Program-made: the position numbers and the translations under genes
Part shown: piece by piece, positions 36,829 to 46,227 of the stretch
Position numbering within the stretch: position 1 is the stretch's first letter
Layout: each line of letters begins with the position of its first letter
The notes under the pieces: generated by a model
The model's database searches: none
What the model was told of the DNA's origin: nothing
Seen by the model: only the letters and a program-made list of their open reading frames with translations
Source: a virus
DNA: 64,000 nt
Virus record (IMG/VR): IMGVR_UViG_3300034072_001395
Location: 1 to 64,000 of that record
Strand: one strand, 5' to 3'

Positions 36829-39800
36829 TCAACTCGACCGGATGGCGTCGTCGGGGGCGTCCTTCCGGGCGACGTACATGCCGTCCGCGTCGTCGCCAGT
36901 TGCGGCGGCCCGGCGCTCGCGGTAGTCGTCGTCCTCGACGATCCGCTCCTGCCAGCGGCGGGAGAGCGCGTCCACCAGCTCCAGGCGGTCGGTGTCGACG
37001 TGGTAGACGCGCACGATCGCGCCGTCCAGGCCGCGGGACCGACGGGACTTCAACCGGAGGCCGACGCTGCGGAGCACCTGGGCGAGATACTGCGCGTGCG
37101 AGAGCGTCGGGCCCTCGGGGATCCCGAGCGCGGCCTGCTCGCGCCGGGTGGCCGAGAGGATCTCGGCGAGCCACTCGAAGGGGATCGCGCGACCATCGAG
37201 CAAGTTGCGGCGGGCCAGCTCACGCATCGTGAAGGCCGCGAGGCGAGCCGCGGGCAAGACCGTGCGGTACGTCATCGCCGTCTCACCGCGGGAGCGGTTG
37301 ACCTCGTAGCGGGCCACGGCGTCCCGCTTGCCCGTGCGCAGGAGCGACTGCTGCGCGTAGGCGAGCACCTGCTTCGGCAGCTTCCCGCGCAGAGCCTCGG
37401 AGCAGATGTCGACCTTCTGCTCGAAGTCCGCGGAGGACAGCGCGCCGCCGAACATGTGCAGGTAGCGGGTGGCCGTGTGCCGGATCTGCTCGTCGCGGGA
37501 CCGGGGGCCCGACCGGGCGATCCGCGTCATGTCCGCTTCGGGGAGCGGCTCGGCCTCGGCGATCTTCGTGGCGCGCTCCAAGTGGATCGCCTTGGCGATC
37601 TCGCGCACGGCCTCGGCGGCGCCGCTGTCGAGCACGTCCTCGACGTACTCCTCGAAGTTGTGCGTCTCCCGCAGCTTCGGGAGCGTCCAGCCGCGGCCCG
37701 AGAGGTAGCTGGCGGCGATGGAGGCCGCCTGCGCCGAGCCGAGGCGCTGGAGGTTGAGGTCCTGGCGGTACTCGGAGAGCAGGTAGGCCGTGGACTTGGC
37801 CTCGACGCCGAGCGCCCGGCGGGCCGTCTCCACGTCGCGGAGGAAGTGCTGCTCGATGGCCGTCGGCGAGAAGCGCCAGGAGTCGGCCGCGGGCGGCTTG
37901 CGGCTGGTGCCCGAGATGAACACCCGCGGGTCGTTGGGATGGCGGACGCGGTGGAGCATCTGCTCGACGACCGACGCGCTGCCGATGAAGTCGCGCCCGA
38001 CGAGGACGTGGCGGTGGTCGTACCAGCCCACCCGGTCGAACGAGACGCCGGTGGACATCGCCGTGTTGTAGACCAGAACGTCGTGGGAGAGCGCGTCCTG
38101 GGAGAAGTCCTCGGGGTCCGCCTCGCCGTCGCTGCCGACGATCACGCGCACCGTGCGGCCGGTGCCGGCGACCCGCCCCTCCAGCAACTTGCCGATGGCC
38201 TGCGCCATCTTGCGCTCGTAGCAGGCGATCGCCACCCGCTTGCCGGCCTCGACCTGCGACACGATCAGCTCGATGTGCTTGTCGGAGGACGACGGACCCT
38301 CGCCGGGCGCGCCATCGTACACCTCGTCCTCCTCGTCGGACGGCGGGGTGCCCAGGTGGACGAAGGGCCAGCAGTGGCCGATGGTCGTCATCTCGACGAA
38401 GTTGCAAGCGCCCTGCGCGAGCGCCGACCGGGCGTGCTCGATGTCGCGGATCAGGTTGAGGGTGCCGAGGCTCGCGTGCGCGTCGGCCAGGATGATCCGC
38501 GAGGCCAGGGAGCAGCAGTAGACCAGCCGGGAGTACGTCTGCTGGGCGTCCTTCGACTTCAACATCGAGTAGATCTGCGTGAGCATCTGCTCGATCTCGT
38601 CGATGAGGATCACGCTGCCGTCGGGCTTCCACTTCTCCGTGACGTTCCGCAGGGCGGCGAAGGACGAGGACGTGTCCGCGTCGGCCACCTTGCTCCCCGA
38701 GCCAGCGGCCGCGTGGACCAGGTCGAGCCGGGCGGCGAGGTTCTTGGCGAGGGAGACGAAGGGGCTGATCGCCAGGACGCGCCGACGCTCGGCCCGCGCC
38801 TGCTTGACGGCGGCCTCCATCAAGTGCGTCTTGCCGCTGCCGGTGCGGGCCGTCAGGAGCACGAAGTCGGGCAGGTTCTCGGGGAACTGCGCGTAGCCGC
38901 GCTCGTCGAGGGGCAGCTCGACGGACGCGCGCAGGATGCCCTCGCAGTCCTGCATGGACAGCGCGTGGCGGGGCATCGCCGTGGGCACGATCTCGGACGG
39001 CAGCGCGTCGACCGTCGAGGCCACACGCGCGGACAACCGCGGCGACGTGCCCTGCTTGAACCGGGCGTAGTCGTAGCGGAACACCGTATGGCACTTCCAG
39101 CAGGTGAAGTCATCCTTGTCCTCGACGGCCCGCAGCGAGGTGTTGCTGCCGCACGACGGGCAGCCCGTCCGGTCCTCGGGACGCTCGGCGCGCGGCCAGA
39201 CCGCGAAGGTCCACGGCACCTTCTCTCGCTCGGCGCGCGGCTTCAGCGTGCGGCCCTCCTTCTTGGCCTTGCGCTGCTCGGCGCGCAGCGCACGCAGCTC
39301 GTCGCGCGACATGCGCGAAGGGGCCGGGAGCCAGTCGCTCTCGTGCTTGATGCGGTCGAACCAGGGGTCGAACGAGGGCGTGTCGTTGTGGAACAGGTCC
39401 GGCCGGTACAGCCGGGCGGTCTTGTCCGAGGCGCGGTGGCCGCCGCCAGGGACCGGGAAGATGCGGGTGCCGATGTCCTTGGCGCTGGCGTCCCACCACC
39501 AGAGCGACTCGCCCTTGAAGTTGTGCCACGCCTTGATCACGTCCTTCATACGGGAAGGCGACCAGGGGGACGAGGGGTAGCCCTCGCCATCGGGCATCCA
39601 GTAGATCAGGCAGAGGCCGTGGCCGGTGTAGATGATCCGGTTGGGACGGCCGAGTCCCGCCTCGCCGGTGGCTTCGAGGACGTGCTCGACGAACTGCACG
39701 CCGTCCATCCAGGCCAGCACGGCGTCCTCGGACATCGCGTAGAGAGCGGCCTTCCGGGCGCTGCGGTCCTCGCCGAGCGAGACAGCCAGCGGGCTATCGC

Positions 39801-39996
39801 AGATGTCAACGTCGATGGTGAGCGCCGCGACCTTCGCCAGGTCGCAGGCCCGCATCTTGTTGCCGTCGGCGTCCTTGCGGAAGAAGCCGCCGGCGGTGAA
39901 CCACTGAGCCCGGATGTCGCCGGCGCGCTTGACGGAGCGTGCCCGGAGTTCCATGCCCGCCGGAGGGCGCGGGAGGTAGTCGGCCTGGATCGCCAT
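36829..39996 (-). CDS. Replication protein: AEP/RepB-like primase + Zn finger + SF2 (origin-binding-type) helicase (1055 aa)
   Basis: IDVD, YTGHGL.LIYW and D..TRIF.VPG; CPSC...CWKC; Walker A ARTGSGKT, Walker B LIDEIE, later YNTAMSTGVSFD and EQMLHRVR. Confidence 0.8.
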   Translation of the reverse strand: MAIQADYLPRPPAGMELRARSVKRAGDIRAQWFTAGGFFRKDADGNKMRACDLAKVAALTIDVDICDSPLAVSLGEDRSARKAALYAMSEDAVLAWMDGVQFVEHVLEATGEAGLGRPNRIIYTGHGLCLIYWMPDGEGYPSSPWSPSRMKDVIKAWHNFKGESLWWWDASAKDIGTRIFPVPGGGHRASDKTARLYRPDLFHNDTPSFDPWFDRIKHESDWLPAPSRMSRDELRALRAEQRKAKKEGRTLKPRAEREKVPWTFAVWPRAERPEDRTGCPSCGSNTSLRAVEDKDDFTCWKCHTVFRYDYARFKQGTSPRLSARVASTVDALPSEIVPTAMPRHALSMQDCEGILRASVELPLDERGYAQFPENLPDFVLLTARTGSGKTHLMEAAVKQARAERRRVLAISPFVSLAKNLAARLDLVHAAAGSGSKVADADTSSSFAALRNVTEKWKPDGSVILIDEIEQMLTQIYSMLKSKDAQQTYSRLVYCCSLASRIILADAHASLGTLNLIRDIEHARSALAQGACNFVEMTTIGHCWPFVHLGTPPSDEEDEVYDGAPGEGPSSSDKHIELIVSQVEAGKRVAIACYERKMAQAIGKLLEGRVAGTGRTVRVIVGSDGEADPEDFSQDALSHDVLVYNTAMSTGVSFDRVGWYDHRHVLVGRDFIGSASVVEQMLHRVRHPNDPRVFISGTSRKPPAADSWRFSPTAIEQHFLRDVETARRALGVEAKSTAYLLSEYRQDLNLQRLGSAQAASIAASYLSGRGWTLPKLRETHNFEEYVEDVLDSGAAEAVREIAKAIHLERATKIAEAEPLPEADMTRIARSGPRSRDEQIRHTATRYLHMFGGALSSADFEQKVDICSEALRGKLPKQVLAYAQQSLLRTGKRDAVARYEVNRSRGETAMTYRTVLPAARLAAFTMRELARRNLLDGRAIPFEWLAEILSATRREQAALGIPEGPTLSHAQYLAQVLRSVGLRLKSRRSRGLDGAIVRVYHVDTDRLELVDALSRRWQERIVEDDDYRERRAAATGDDADGMYVARKDAPDDAIRSS

Positions 39997-40111
39997 GCGG
40001 TGTCCTCGAAGGTGCCGGCCGCGTAGCGCGTGCATCGGCGGCACGCCAGCCACTTAGCACGGCGGAGCGCAACGCGCACTTGACGGTGTGTGGGCGCCTC
40101 GGCCACGATCG

Positions 40112-40136
40112 CGTATCGGTCAACGATCTCACCACT
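40112..40136. repeat. 25-bp dispersed repeat CGTATCGGTCAACGATCTCACCACT, copy 1
   Basis: Identical to 52719-52743; partial copies at 52615-52630 and 40281-40294. Confidence 0.85.
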
Positions 40137-40303
40137 GGCGGGCTGATCCACGCTGCACACGGCGCGGCATTAGATCCCTTCTGGCTTGCCGCCGCTTGGT
40201 GCGATCGTCGATGGACACGGCGTTCTCGGCGTGTTACAGCATACGCGCCTACGGCGCCCGTAGGTCCGTCGGGTTCTACTGATCTCACCACTGGAGGCAT
40301 CGC

Positions 40304-40723
40304 ATGACGCCCTTTATCACGCACGTCCTCGCGTCCCCGGACGGCTACCGCACCCGCGGCCTGCTCCTCCGCGCGTCGCCGAAGCGCGTCAGCGACCTGG
40401 CGCGGCACATCCGCCTGCTGGCCGGCGTCCCGCCGGAGGGTCTGACCGAGTCGCCGCCGACGGGCTCGCTGATCAACGGGGGCTTCCTGCACACCGAAGA
40501 TCCGCACCACCTGACGCCTGGTGGTGTGATGCTCCTCCACTACCGCAAGTACGGCTTCCTGGCCGACCATGCGGTGCGTGCCCTGGCCCTGCACGTCCGC
40601 GGCGTGGAGTTCGACGCCGAGCTGGCCGAGGACGCCATCCAGGCGATCCGCGACAACTTCACGCCGGCGAGCGATGCGATCGTCGACCTGTCGGGCGTTG
40701 AGGATGTGATTGTCGAAGTGTGA
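40304..40723 (+). CDS. Hypothetical protein (139 aa)
   Basis: GGAGG RBS; coding bias. Confidence 0.7.
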   Translation: MTPFITHVLASPDGYRTRGLLLRASPKRVSDLARHIRLLAGVPPEGLTESPPTGSLINGGFLHTEDPHHLTPGGVMLLHYRKYGFLADHAVRALALHVRGVEFDAELAEDAIQAIRDNFTPASDAIVDLSGVEDVIVEV

Positions 40724-40789
40724 CGCGGGAGGGTTGACAGCGGCGGCCGGGCGGGTGACCTGAATGGCACCCAGCACCGGAGGCCATTC

Positions 40790-41611
40790 ATGCCGCCCCG
40801 CCGCAAGTCCGTCGCACAGATCACGCACTCCCGTCCGCCGCCGACGCCCGAGGAGATCGCTGCCGCCGAGCAGGGCGAGGCGTTCGCCCGAGCCTTGTTC
40901 CCGAAGGCGAAGGAGCGCGGCCTCAACGTCCAGTTCAGCTCGACGCCCGCGGAGCAGACCCGCAACGGCTACATGCGCCTGCCCGGCTTCCAGCGCCCGG
41001 CCGTGTGGTCGCCCGAGATGGCGCTCGGCTACGTCCGCAGTGTGCTGTGTGAGCGGAAGTTCCCGGGGCTGTTCATCGCGCGGGCGCGGTACGCGGACGG
41101 CGGGCGCGACGTGCTCGACATCCTCGACGGTCAGCAGCGCATCCTGGCGCTCGGCGGCGTGCTCCAGCGGGGCTCCGTCGCCGACGTGGCCGCCATGCGC
41201 GGTGAGCGGATCGTGGGCGCGGCGCCACACCTAAACCTCCTGGCGAGGTCCGCGGACGACGTGCTCGTGGCCCGGGGCGCTGACGAGCAGCCGCCACCAG
41301 TGTTCGGCGACCCGGAGGAGGGCGCGCTGGACTGCTCGCGCATCCCGGTCGCGTGCATGCGACGGGTCGCGTACTTCACCCACCGGCGTTTCTCGGACTA
41401 CATCTGCGAGAACACCGGATGCTCCCGCGAGCAGGGCTTCTCCGTTTCCGCCTGGGCCTACGCCGCCTGCGGCAACATCTACCTGCCGTTCCTGATCGTC
41501 TACCAGAGCGCCAGCTTGCAGGATGTCAAGGACATGTTCCGGTCGATCAACACGCCCGGCGTGCAGATCACGGAGGCGGAACTGGAGGCGCTGCTCGCCG
41601 CCGACGATTGA
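40790..41611 (+). CDS. DUF262 (ParB/Srx-like, GmrSD N-terminal) domain protein
   Basis: PGFQRPAVWS, ILDGQQR and MFRSINTPG motifs; no HNH domain. Confidence 0.85.
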   Translation: MPPRRKSVAQITHSRPPPTPEEIAAAEQGEAFARALFPKAKERGLNVQFSSTPAEQTRNGYMRLPGFQRPAVWSPEMALGYVRSVLCERKFPGLFIARARYADGGRDVLDILDGQQRILALGGVLQRGSVADVAAMRGERIVGAAPHLNLLARSADDVLVARGADEQPPPVFGDPEEGALDCSRIPVACMRRVAYFTHRRFSDYICENTGCSREQGFSVSAWAYAACGNIYLPFLIVYQSASLQDVKDMFRSINTPGVQITEAELEALLAADD

Positions 41612-41636
41612 CGCTCGCCTTGCGCCAAGTTATGCC
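41608..41636 (+). promoter_or_regulatory. Putative promoter TTGACG-17-TATGCC
   Basis: Upstream of the methyltransferase RBS. Confidence 0.4.
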
Positions 41637-41661
41637 CCGTTTGCCCGCAAAGGAGCCCCCA

Positions 41662-42516
41662 ATGTCCGTCGATACGATCCTCCTCCGCGCCGACTACCGC
41701 GACACCCTCGCCCACGTCGCTGCGTTGGGCGGCGCTGACCTCATCGCTTTCTCGCCGCCATACTGCGACGCCCGGAGCTACGGCATGGGCGCGTCATGGG
41801 GCGACGCTGACTATGCTGCGCTCGGAGACGCGGTGTTCGCCGCGCTCAAGCCGGGCGGGCACGCGCTGGTGAACGTCGACGCGCCGGTGCGCAACTGGCG
41901 CCCTGGCTTCGGCACCGAACGCGGCTTCCATCCGTGGCGCCTGATGCTGGACTGGGCCGAGCGTGTCGGTTTCCGGGTGCCGGACAGGCTCGCCTTCGGG
42001 CGGCTCGGCACGCCGGGCGCCTATAGCGGCCGCTTCCGCAACGACTGGGAGCCGCTGCTGTGGTTCCAGCGGCCTGGCGGTACGCCCTGGATGGACCGCT
42101 GGGCTATCGCGGAGCGGTGCGCGCCGTCCGCCGGAAAGTCTGGCGCTCGCCGAGTGGACGGCCAATTGGCTGTGCGGAAGCGGACGGGCCGTGCGGCTGA
42201 GGAGGGCTGGCGCCACCGCGGTACATTGTGGCATTACGGCGCCGTGGGTGGTGGCAACTCCGGCTCGCGTGATCTTGAGGCCGTCAACCACCCTGCCCGC
42301 TGGCCTTTGCGCCTCGCCCGCGACATCGTGCTCTGCTTCTGCCCCCCCGACGGGCTCGTGTGCGACCCGTTCGTGGGCGCGGGCACTACCGCGGTCGCAG
42401 CAGCCACCCAGGGCCGGCGCTTCGTCGGCGGGGACCTCGGCGCTCGGCAGGAGGACGGCGTACCGTGGGTGGACGTTGCGCGGGACGTGGTGCGGCGGGC
42501 GACGGCGCAACCGTGA
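41662..42516 (+). CDS. DNA N4-cytosine/N6-adenine methyltransferase, beta class
   Basis: SPPY catalytic motif before HPA and DPFVGAGTT SAM-binding motif; AAGGAG RBS. Confidence 0.9.
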   Translation: MSVDTILLRADYRDTLAHVAALGGADLIAFSPPYCDARSYGMGASWGDADYAALGDAVFAALKPGGHALVNVDAPVRNWRPGFGTERGFHPWRLMLDWAERVGFRVPDRLAFGRLGTPGAYSGRFRNDWEPLLWFQRPGGTPWMDRWAIAERCAPSAGKSGARRVDGQLAVRKRTGRAAEEGWRHRGTLWHYGAVGGGNSGSRDLEAVNHPARWPLRLARDIVLCFCPPDGLVCDPFVGAGTTAVAAATQGRRFVGGDLGARQEDGVPWVDVARDVVRRATAQP

Positions 42517-42517
42517 C

Positions 42518-43012
42518 GTGTTGACGCTCGAAGCCATTCGCGTTACGCAAGGGGCAAGTGAGGTAGACGCCGATGGTGCCGCAGTCCACGAGCACACAAT
42601 GACCTTCCGTGGCAAGCGCCTCCCCGAGGACGCATGGTGGCGTCCAGACGAGTTCACGCCCGACGGGCGTGAGCCGAAGACGGCACTGCCGTCGATCCCG
42701 CACCTGCTCACGCAGAAGCACCTGAAGCGCCCGGCAGAACTGCCTCCAGACGTCCGGCAAGCCCTGAGCGCGGTACGCGAGTTCTCGCACCCGGAGCGCC
42801 AGTTGCTCCGTGAGAGTCCGCTGGGCCGGCCGAGCTGGGCGCCGACGCTCGCGCGCCGAGGCTACCTGACCATCGGCCCGATGGGCGTCCGCACGCTCAC
42901 GCCGACCGGGCGCTGGATGAAGTGGTGCCTGGAGGTCCTGTTCGACTACCAGATGGGCGTTCCGCTGCGCCCAGCGCCGGCCGACGTGGTCGCCTTCCTG
43001 GCGGACGAATGA
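42518..43012 (+). CDS. Hypothetical protein with C-terminal winged-helix-like segment
   Basis: LARRGYL...LTPTGR pattern; start uncertain (42518 or 42599). Confidence 0.55.
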   Translation: MLTLEAIRVTQGASEVDADGAAVHEHTMTFRGKRLPEDAWWRPDEFTPDGREPKTALPSIPHLLTQKHLKRPAELPPDVRQALSAVREFSHPERQLLRESPLGRPSWAPTLARRGYLTIGPMGVRTLTPTGRWMKWCLEVLFDYQMGVPLRPAPADVVAFLADE

Positions 43013-43416
43013 CGCCCTGGAGCATCCGCCGCGCGCTGCGCCTGCGGGCCGCCGACGCCATCGTCGGCGTCGTCGACCGGGTGGACGACCTGGCCGACGC
43101 GCTCAACGGTCTCGCCGACCGCGTGCGCGGCGAAGACGCTGAGCATGGAGAGGCCGCCCCCACCGACGGCGAGCCGACTGGCGACATCGTGGCGAAGGCG
43201 ATGGCCGGCTGCATCGAGATCCCCGAGGGCCTCCCGAAGATCATGCGGATGATCGACCGCGACTACAAGGGGATGAAGATCGCAGATTTCGTCGTGGCGT
43301 ACCTTGACGCTGATGGGCAACTGGCGATAGGTCTTGCGGGCCACCACCCCGACCTCTTCGCGCTCCTGTTGTGGGAACTGCAAGAGCAAGTCAGGGGAAC
43401 CCGCCAGGAGGAATGA
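43009..43416 (+). CDS. Hypothetical protein
   Basis: ATGA-coupled on both sides. Confidence 0.65.
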   Translation: MTPWSIRRALRLRAADAIVGVVDRVDDLADALNGLADRVRGEDAEHGEAAPTDGEPTGDIVAKAMAGCIEIPEGLPKIMRMIDRDYKGMKIADFVVAYLDADGQLAIGLAGHHPDLFALLLWELQEQVRGTRQEE

Positions 43417-43907
43417 CCCGCATGGACACCGCCCCCGTCAAGCTCGCCTACGCCGTCCTCGTGTTCCGCTACAAGCACCGGAAGGACACCGACTTCCAGT
43501 GGGGCGTGCTGTGCAACGGCAAGCGCCTGATGCCGTCGAAGCTCGCGCAGTTCGAGGGCACGACCGCCTTCTTCGGCGGCAAGATCGAGGACGGAGAGAC
43601 GCCGGAGGACGCGATGGAGCGCGAGCTGCGCGAGGAGCTGGCCTGGAACGACGAGGACTTCGACACGATGGGCCACCTCATCCGCCTCGACAGCATGGGT
43701 GGCGCGGCCTTCTTCGCCATCGACATCGGCGTCCTCGACGAGGACCGCCTGAGCAGCTTCGCGTCTGGCTGCGCCGAGGGCATCGTGGACCCGGTGCTGG
43801 AGAGCGCCTTCGCCGACACCCGCTGGGTGTCCTGGCCCGGCGGCCCGGACATCGGCGCCATCGCGCAGAAGGCCGTCGACAGCATCAAGGCCGCTGCGGC
43901 CGGGTGA
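43413..43907 (+). CDS. Nudix hydrolase
   Basis: Nudix box GGKIEDGETPEDAMERELREEL. Confidence 0.88.
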   Translation: MTRMDTAPVKLAYAVLVFRYKHRKDTDFQWGVLCNGKRLMPSKLAQFEGTTAFFGGKIEDGETPEDAMERELREELAWNDEDFDTMGHLIRLDSMGGAAFFAIDIGVLDEDRLSSFASGCAEGIVDPVLESAFADTRWVSWPGGPDIGAIAQKAVDSIKAAAAG

Positions 43908-43932
43908 CACGCGCGCCTCGGCGTGTTAGGAT
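43904..43932 (+). promoter_or_regulatory. Putative promoter GTGACA-17-TAGGAT with extended -10
   Basis: TGtTAGGAT upstream of the 43945 ORF. Confidence 0.4.
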
Positions 43933-43944
43933 GCCTGCACGCCG

Positions 43945-44259
43945 ATGTCCGACTTCACTCGCGCCATACAACGGGCCGTCAAGGCGCTTGAGGGCCCCGA
44001 CGGATGGTGCGACGAAGAACCGTCGGCCATCGCGGCCCGCGTGGCCGAGTTGCTCGGGCAGGACGTAACGCCCGAGCTGGAGCGCATGGTGCCGGTCGTC
44101 ATGCGCCGGATGGCCGGCTACCGTGCGCTCCTCCACCGCCAAGACCCGCCCCCTCCTGCCTGGTCGAAGTCGCTCGCCGAGAAGCAAGCGGCCGGCAGGC
44201 AAGAGGGGGTCGAGGTCATCCGGCTGAGGGCACCTCGGCGGAGGGGAACGCCCGATTGA
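43945..44259 (+). CDS. Hypothetical protein (104 aa)
   Basis: ORF converging on the leftward operon. Confidence 0.55.
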   Translation: MSDFTRAIQRAVKALEGPDGWCDEEPSAIAARVAELLGQDVTPELERMVPVVMRRMAGYRALLHRQDPPPPAWSKSLAEKQAAGRQEGVEVIRLRAPRRRGTPD

Positions 44260-44731
44260 GGCGCGCCTCGATGCTGCTGCGGATCTCGCCTCGGAAGGTG
44301 TCGAAGAACTCGGGCGTGAACCAGACCGTGATGCCCGTCACGCTCTCCTGCGGCTGCACGTCGTCGCGCCCGAACAGGAAGGACGACACCTTCTTCGGCG
44401 GAACGTCGAACACGAACTCACGCCCTTCGAAGGGGATTCGCGCCAGCGCGTTGTCGACCGTGATGTCGTAGGCGAAGAACTCCGCCGGGTAGCGCGGCCA
44501 CCTGCACGTCATCTGCTCCAGCACCATCTCCTGCGCACGTACGACGCCGCACATGGCAAGCTCCGTCTCGGTCAGCGCGTGCGAGGCCAGATGCGGATGG
44601 TTGTGCCACAGGTTGTGGCCCCTTGCGGGCGTCAGCAACCACCAGCCGGCGTCACTGTCGCCGACGCGGCGGACCCTCGCTGCCCCGTTGGCGTCCTTGT
44701 AGATCACGAACCGGCGCTTGTTTTCAGGCAT
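44216..44731 (-). CDS. Hypothetical protein, paralogue array C member
   Basis: MPENKRRF start with GGAGG RBS; FVFDVP..VSSFLFGRDD motif. Confidence 0.65.
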   Translation of the reverse strand: MPENKRRFVIYKDANGAARVRRVGDSDAGWWLLTPARGHNLWHNHPHLASHALTETELAMCGVVRAQEMVLEQMTCRWPRYPAEFFAYDITVDNALARIPFEGREFVFDVPPKKVSSFLFGRDDVQPQESVTGITVWFTPEFFDTFRGEIRSSIEARLNRAFPSAEVPSAG

Positions 44732-45311
44732 GCTGCACCTCCAGAACGCAGCGGAGGCTCTCGCAGACCTGCTCGGTGAGGCACTCCTGCATGTTGGTGT
44801 TGAAGTGTTCGAGGAAGGCGCGCGCCTGCACGTCGTACAGGTCAACGGCGCAGGCGGCGACGGTGCCGCCCTCCGGCGTGCCCGTCAGCCAGGCGTGGAG
44901 CTTCCGCATCATGATCTGCCCGAGGAACGCGATGGCGTTGTCGAAGCAGAGGTAGACGTGGACGACGTTGCTCGCAGGCTCAAGGACGGTGCGAAGCCGC
45001 GCCACGCCCGGTGCTCCGGCGTCGGCGGACGGGGCAGAGGACGTGTGGATGCCCACCAACAGCCGTCGCGCGATGCTAAGGTAGAGGGCGGCGGCCTCGC
45101 GGGGGCTGAGGCGCGCGTCGCCCTCGGCCGTCGCTTGCAGCACGTTCCACACCGGAGACGTGATCTGCTCCGGCAGCGGCAGGTCGCTGAAGAGCTGCTC
45201 ACCGTAGTCCTTCTGCTCGTAGAACGTGCGGAAGTGCCACGTCACGTTGCCGAGGGCGTCGGGGCCGTGGCACAGGGAGATCATCTTCTCGTCGGGGTCA
45301 ATCTTCAGCAC
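44724..45311 (-). CDS. Hypothetical protein, paralogue array C member
   Basis: GTG start with AAGGAG RBS; LHAWLTG motif. Confidence 0.6.
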   Translation of the reverse strand: MLKIDPDEKMISLCHGPDALGNVTWHFRTFYEQKDYGEQLFSDLPLPEQITSPVWNVLQATAEGDARLSPREAAALYLSIARRLLVGIHTSSAPSADAGAPGVARLRTVLEPASNVVHVYLCFDNAIAFLGQIMMRKLHAWLTGTPEGGTVAACAVDLYDVQARAFLEHFNTNMQECLTEQVCESLRCVLEVQHA

Positions 45312-45862
45312 TTGCCACGCTCCTTGGCGTACTTGATGTTGCTCACGTCGTTCTTGAAGCCTCGCAGCGCGGCGGCGACGAACGCCTGGCGCACGCTGGT
45401 CAGGACGCGCGCGAAGGCGCTCCTGCGAGGGTACATGCGCCCGGCCATCGACAGCGCCGCGAGATCCGCGTCGCGCCGCCCCGTGAAGATGGCGATCAGG
45501 TCCTCGGACGGGACTTCCACTTCGAGCACACACCGAGGCGCCGCGAAGGTGACGAAGCCGACCTCGGTGCGCCCCTCGTCGTCGAAGAACTCGATGTGCA
45601 GGTCGTCGCACAGCCCCCGCTGCCGCTTCGCGCGTTCCAGCATGTACGCGACCTGGGCCTCCGCGGCCTGCTCCAGCGTCACCGTCGCGGGCAGTCCCTC
45701 CGGAGGAAGGAAGCGCGCGTCCATCTCGGCGTGCGCCCGGGAGCACACGCTCCCATCCTCGAACTCCACGACCACGCGAAGCTCGCGGATCCCGGGCTGG
45801 TGTGGCATCTCGACGACAGCCACATGCGCACTTCGCACTTCCATCGAAGCCTCCTTGCCCAC
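45305..45862 (-). CDS. Hypothetical protein, paralogue array C member
   Basis: LEVEVP..LIAIFTGRRD motif; start may be the internal ATG after AAGGAGG. Confidence 0.65.
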   Translation of the reverse strand: MGKEASMEVRSAHVAVVEMPHQPGIRELRVVVEFEDGSVCSRAHAEMDARFLPPEGLPATVTLEQAAEAQVAYMLERAKRQRGLCDDLHIEFFDDEGRTEVGFVTFAAPRCVLEVEVPSEDLIAIFTGRRDADLAALSMAGRMYPRRSAFARVLTSVRQAFVAAALRGFKNDVSNIKYAKERGKC

Positions 45863-45867
45863 AGGGC

Positions 45868-46227
45868 CTATCGCTGCTGGGCGAAGTCGTCAAGCAGGCA
45901 GTCGAGGTGCCAGAGCAGGTCGATCCGCTCGCCGTCATCCGGCGTCGGGCAGAAGGCCAGGACCTCGGGCGGCAGGCGCGCCCACGCACGGAGCGCCTGG
46001 GCCTCGATGACGCGGGCACGAGCGCGCTTGCGGGCGGCGTTGCTCATGTGGTAGTCGCGCCAAGCAGGGTCACCGTCCGCGCGGGCCTCCCGATCTGCGC
46101 ACTCATCCGCGTCCTCCGCGGCCATGCTCCAGGCGCCCGCTGTACCCATCAGCAAGCGCGCACGCGCCACCCGTTTGCGGCAGAGGGTGACGTAGGTGTA
46201 GGAGCCGAGGGGCGGCTTGATGGTCAT
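45868..46227 (-). CDS. Helical hypothetical protein (119 aa)
   Basis: ATGA coupling; GGAG RBS. Confidence 0.6.
   Translation of the reverse strand: MTIKPPLGSYTYVTLCRKRVARARLLMGTAGAWSMAAEDADECADREARADGDPAWRDYHMSNAARKRARARVIEAQALRAWARLPPEVLAFCPTPDDGERIDLLWHLDCLLDDFAQQR

Noticed and set aside
37000-40026. 1008-aa plus-strand ORF
   Set aside because: Antisense to the primase-helicase; no RBS or motifs
40112-40136. 25-bp repeat as a sigma70 promoter (TTGACC on the minus strand) or as prophage att sites
   Set aside because: No -10 at correct spacing in any copy; phage genes lie on both sides and no integrase is seen
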